Positions 48,801 through 51,512 of a stretch of 51,512 bases of DNA are shown piece by piece (the stretch's first letter is position 1; every line of letters begins with the position of its first letter). Below the pieces are notes generated by a model. That model was not told the DNA's origin. It did not search any database and saw only the letters and a program-made list of their open reading frames with translations. A program made the position numbers and the translations under genes. This DNA is from Myxococcota bacterium (GTDB lineage: Bacteria; Myxococcota; JACRCW01). The stretch spans positions 1 through 51,512 of the forward strand of contig JBFMGU010000045.1 in NCBI GenBank assembly GCA_040752415.1. The letters are read 5' to 3'.

Positions 48801-50632
48801 GGGCCTCAACAAGGCCGGTGCCATCTACGTCATCGACCCCGCCAATATCGCGCTGGCCCCCGCCGACCGCGTGGAGCTCAAGGGGACCACCGCCGGTGAG
48901 AACTTTGGCGCGGCGGTGACCGCGCTGGGCGACCACGATGCCAACGTCGTCCCGGACATCGCCGTGGGCGCCCCCGGCGCCAGCCCCAACGGCGTGGCGG
49001 ATTCCGGACAGGTCAAGACCGTTGCCGTCAATGTGACCATCACCGAGACGACTGTCACCATCTCCCTCTCCACGGTGCTGACCCTGAACGGCACGGTTCT
49101 GCTGGGCAACTTCGGCAACCGCGTGAGCGGCGTGGGCGACGTCAATGGCGACGGCCGCGACGACATCCTCATCAGCGAGCCCGGCACCTCCACCGCGTAC
49201 GTCTACTCCGGCCAGACCGGCACCCGGCTGTACGCCAAGTCGGGCGGTGCCGCCGACCTCTTCGGCTCCGCGCTGGAGGCGCTGGGCGACGTCAACGGCG
49301 ACGGGCGCCCGGACTTCGTGGTCGGCGCGGCACTGGCTGATGCCCAGGGGGGCCTGACGGACGCCGGCGCCGCCTACATCTTCGCCTCCGTCCCACCGCC
49401 CACGCCGCTGGCGCGCCCGGTGGGCCTCGGCATCGCCGCCCCGGCATGGGACACCGTGCAGCTCACCTGGAATGACGTCACCAGCGGTGAGACGGGCTTC
49501 CGCGTGGAATACCGCGCGCCCGCCGGCACCTGGGCCACGCTGGACACGGTGAACGCCAACAGCACCAACCTCACGGCAGCGGGACTGAGCGGCAACACGG
49601 ACTACCTGTTCCGCATCAAGGCCTACAATTCCTACGTGGACAGCCTGTGGTCGCCCCTGATCTCCGTGCGCACGCCACCCGCGCCGCCCCCGCCCAATCA
49701 CGCCCAGGGTGAGTTCCCGCCGTCCACCACGGACCCCGGCGACACCACGCCGTTGGGCATCATCCAGACCCAACCGGGCAACAACACCTCGGGCAACGTG
49801 TCCACGGCGCCTGTCTCCATCTTCTTCAACGACGAGATCGATCCCACCACCATCACGGGTGCGTCGCTGGTGGTGCTGCACGTGGAAACGGGCAACACCC
49901 TTCTGGGCGAGGTGAGCGGCACGCTGAGCACCGCCGGCAACTCCATCCTGCATTTCCATGTGGCCGGGGGACTTCCCGCGCCGGCCACCATCCAGGTGAC
50001 GTTGCCCAGCGACGACGGAATCCGCGACAACGGCGGGAATACCTTGTCCTCCGACTACACCTTCACCTTCACCACCATTGCGCCGCCGCCGCCGCCGGAG
50101 AGCTTGAGTTGGGAGACGGGCACCTTGGTGGGATGGATCTCAACGGGTGACACCGCGGTGCTCTCATCACCGCAGGGAAACCTCTCAGCGCCGGCGGGCA
50201 CCTACTTTGCGGCGATAATCCACCGACCCGGCCTTCGGCGGACAGCCCCAGGACGCCAAGTACAGCACGCTGGTCAGTGGCCCCATTCCCATTCCGGCCG
50301 GGAGCGTTGACGTGGTGTTTGACTACGACTTCCTCTCCCAGGAGTTCGACGGATATGTCGGCAGCGTGTTCGACGACACGTTCTCGGTGACCGTGGCTGG
50401 GGCCGGCGGGTCGTACACCGAGACGGTGACCACGGTGAACCTGGTCGGCGTGGCGGCTTCCGTGCCGGTCAACGTTCCCTGGGACACCGCGTTCCAGCAC
50501 ACCGGGTGGCGCACCCACCGAGTGGACCTCCGCGGCCTCGAAGGCGACCTGACCATCACGTTCAGCATCACCGACGTGGGCGACTCAGCCTTCGGCTCGG
50601 TGGCCTTGCTGGACAACATCCGCTTTGAGTGA
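42850..50632 (+). CDS. Giant surface lipoprotein/adhesin (Ig-like repeats, FN3, two FG-GAP propellers, Big_5, C-terminal tip domain) with 1-nt frameshift at ~50218
   Basis: GGGAGG RBS, lipobox MSAC; ~10 Cys-paired Ig repeats (D.AGN.S.C); FN3; GDVNGDG..D.VVGAP repeats. The frame shifts at GCG ATA A TCC ACC and continues into ORF 50312-50632; the 7783-nt span is 3n+1. Confidence 0.88.
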
Positions 50633-50722
50633 CCGAGCGCCCAACGCTGCTGCGACCGCGTTGCCGTTTGGGGCTCATCTGCCATGGCGATTTGACCTGG
50701 CCCGATGAGTCCCATTAAACCG

Positions 50723-50763
50723 CGCCCGCACGTCGCCCACGGCGTTGCGGGCGGGTTCTTTTC
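50723..50763 (+). terminator. Possible intrinsic terminator
   Basis: Stem CGCCCGCA / TGCGGGCG followed by GGTTCTTTT, downstream of the adhesin. Confidence 0.35.
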
Positions 50764-50775
50764 CGGGAGTGAGCC

Positions 50776-51348
50776 ATGTTGTGGAGAGCCTTGGTGGTGG
50801 GAATGGTGTTGTCGCTGGGCGTGGTGCCCACGATGGCGCGCGCGGCGGACGGCGTGGTGACCGCGGCCGCGGATGCTCCCAGTGAACACGACGTGGAGCT
50901 CGTCAAGAAGCGCGGTGGCGGTGGAGGCGGCGGCGGCGGCAAGGAGTGGATGGACTACCTCAAGGGTGTCTTCACCATGGAAGGCCCCAAGCTGCACCCC
51001 AAGGTCAATGAGAAGATCGTGGTGGTGTGGGGTCTGGGCTCGTGGCTGTCCTTCATTGGCGGCCCCATCTGGCTGCCCATGATCATGTACGGCGACGCAC
51101 CCGACAACGACGCCAAGAAGGCCGCCCTGATGCTCGGCATCATTGGCACCATCCTGTACTGGGTGCCCGGCGTGGTGCCGTTCATCATCCCGTTCATCTG
51201 GTTCTACGGCGCGGGACTGGGCGTGGCGCTGGTGTGGTGGGGCGTGGTGTGCGGCTACGTCATCCCGCGCGCCGTGGCGGAGGCCTACTCCGACGCGTAC
51301 GCCGGCGGCGGCGGCGGTCGTCGTCGCGCCGACCAGGACGAGGACTGA
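50776..51348 (+). CDS. Hypothetical membrane protein with signal peptide
   Basis: GGGAG RBS, signal peptide ending ARA, poly-Gly linker, ~3 TM helices, GC3-biased codons. Confidence 0.8.
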   Translation: MLWRALVVGMVLSLGVVPTMARAADGVVTAAADAPSEHDVELVKKRGGGGGGGGGKEWMDYLKGVFTMEGPKLHPKVNEKIVVVWGLGSWLSFIGGPIWLPMIMYGDAPDNDAKKAALMLGIIGTILYWVPGVVPFIIPFIWFYGAGLGVALVWWGVVCGYVIPRAVAEAYSDAYAGGGGGRRRADQDED

Positions 51349-51412
51349 GCTTCAGGGGCTGCGTCAGAACAAGATGCCCAGTGGGATGCAGACGTCGTGA
51401 GCGGACCACGAC

Positions 51413-51442
51413 CTGGAGTGCGGCGGGCCCTCGCCGCCCTGG
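51413..51442. repeat. Single REP-like unit (GGAGTGCGG family)
   Basis: CTGGAGT-GCGGCG-GGCCCT-CGCCGC-CCTGG, same architecture as the arms at 11431 and 27156. Confidence 0.55.
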
Positions 51443-51512
51443 CCAGCGCCGAGCGCGTTCACAACGGGCCGAACAGCCCTGGGGCTCCATGACGTCGGGC
51501 GAGGCGCGTGGA

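Noticed and set aside
43558..49959. 2133-aa minus-strand ORF
   Set aside because: Antisense shadow of the giant adhesin.
50312..50632. Stand-alone 106-aa gene
   Set aside because: Its frame is open back to ~50219 and completes the adhesin's last domain; treated as a frameshifted continuation.

Overview
A very GC-rich bacterial window, most likely from Myxococcota or a related deltaproteobacterium. That assignment is inferred from the tandem Ser/Thr kinases, the 'DAG'-rich lipoproteins and the Cys-rich CxxDxDC and CGDG repeats. About 32 protein genes are supported; no rRNA, tRNA or CRISPR array was recognised. In order, the window holds: two paralogous membrane Ser/Thr kinases; a ~4 kb islet bounded by a perfect 30-bp direct repeat, carrying an IPT/TIG + FG-GAP lipoprotein and an IS21 remnant; yihY-like, DUF1835, SDR, TMEM229-like, DUF1801/ABM/WYL and YhhN genes; a BCP/PrxQ peroxiredoxin whose catalytic Cys codon is an in-frame TGA followed by a SECIS-like hairpin (a selenoprotein the ORF track misses); a YqhH-like SNF2 helicase coupled to a YqhG-like protein with a long zinc-finger array; a fused membrane/spermidine synthase; rarD with a MocR regulator; a zinc peptidase + Ddl-like ATP-grasp operon; a 28-repeat Cys-rich secreted protein; a nirK(cytochrome c fusion)-nirV-sco operon with a DcaP-like porin; a candidate oxidative cluster (secreted YdhR-like protein, AetD-like diiron enzyme, cytokinin-dehydrogenase-like FAD oxidase); and a ~2590-aa adhesin with a 1-nt frameshift. 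Several REPIN/MITE-like inverted-repeat elements lie between genes. All family assignments come from motif recognition by eye, not database searches.
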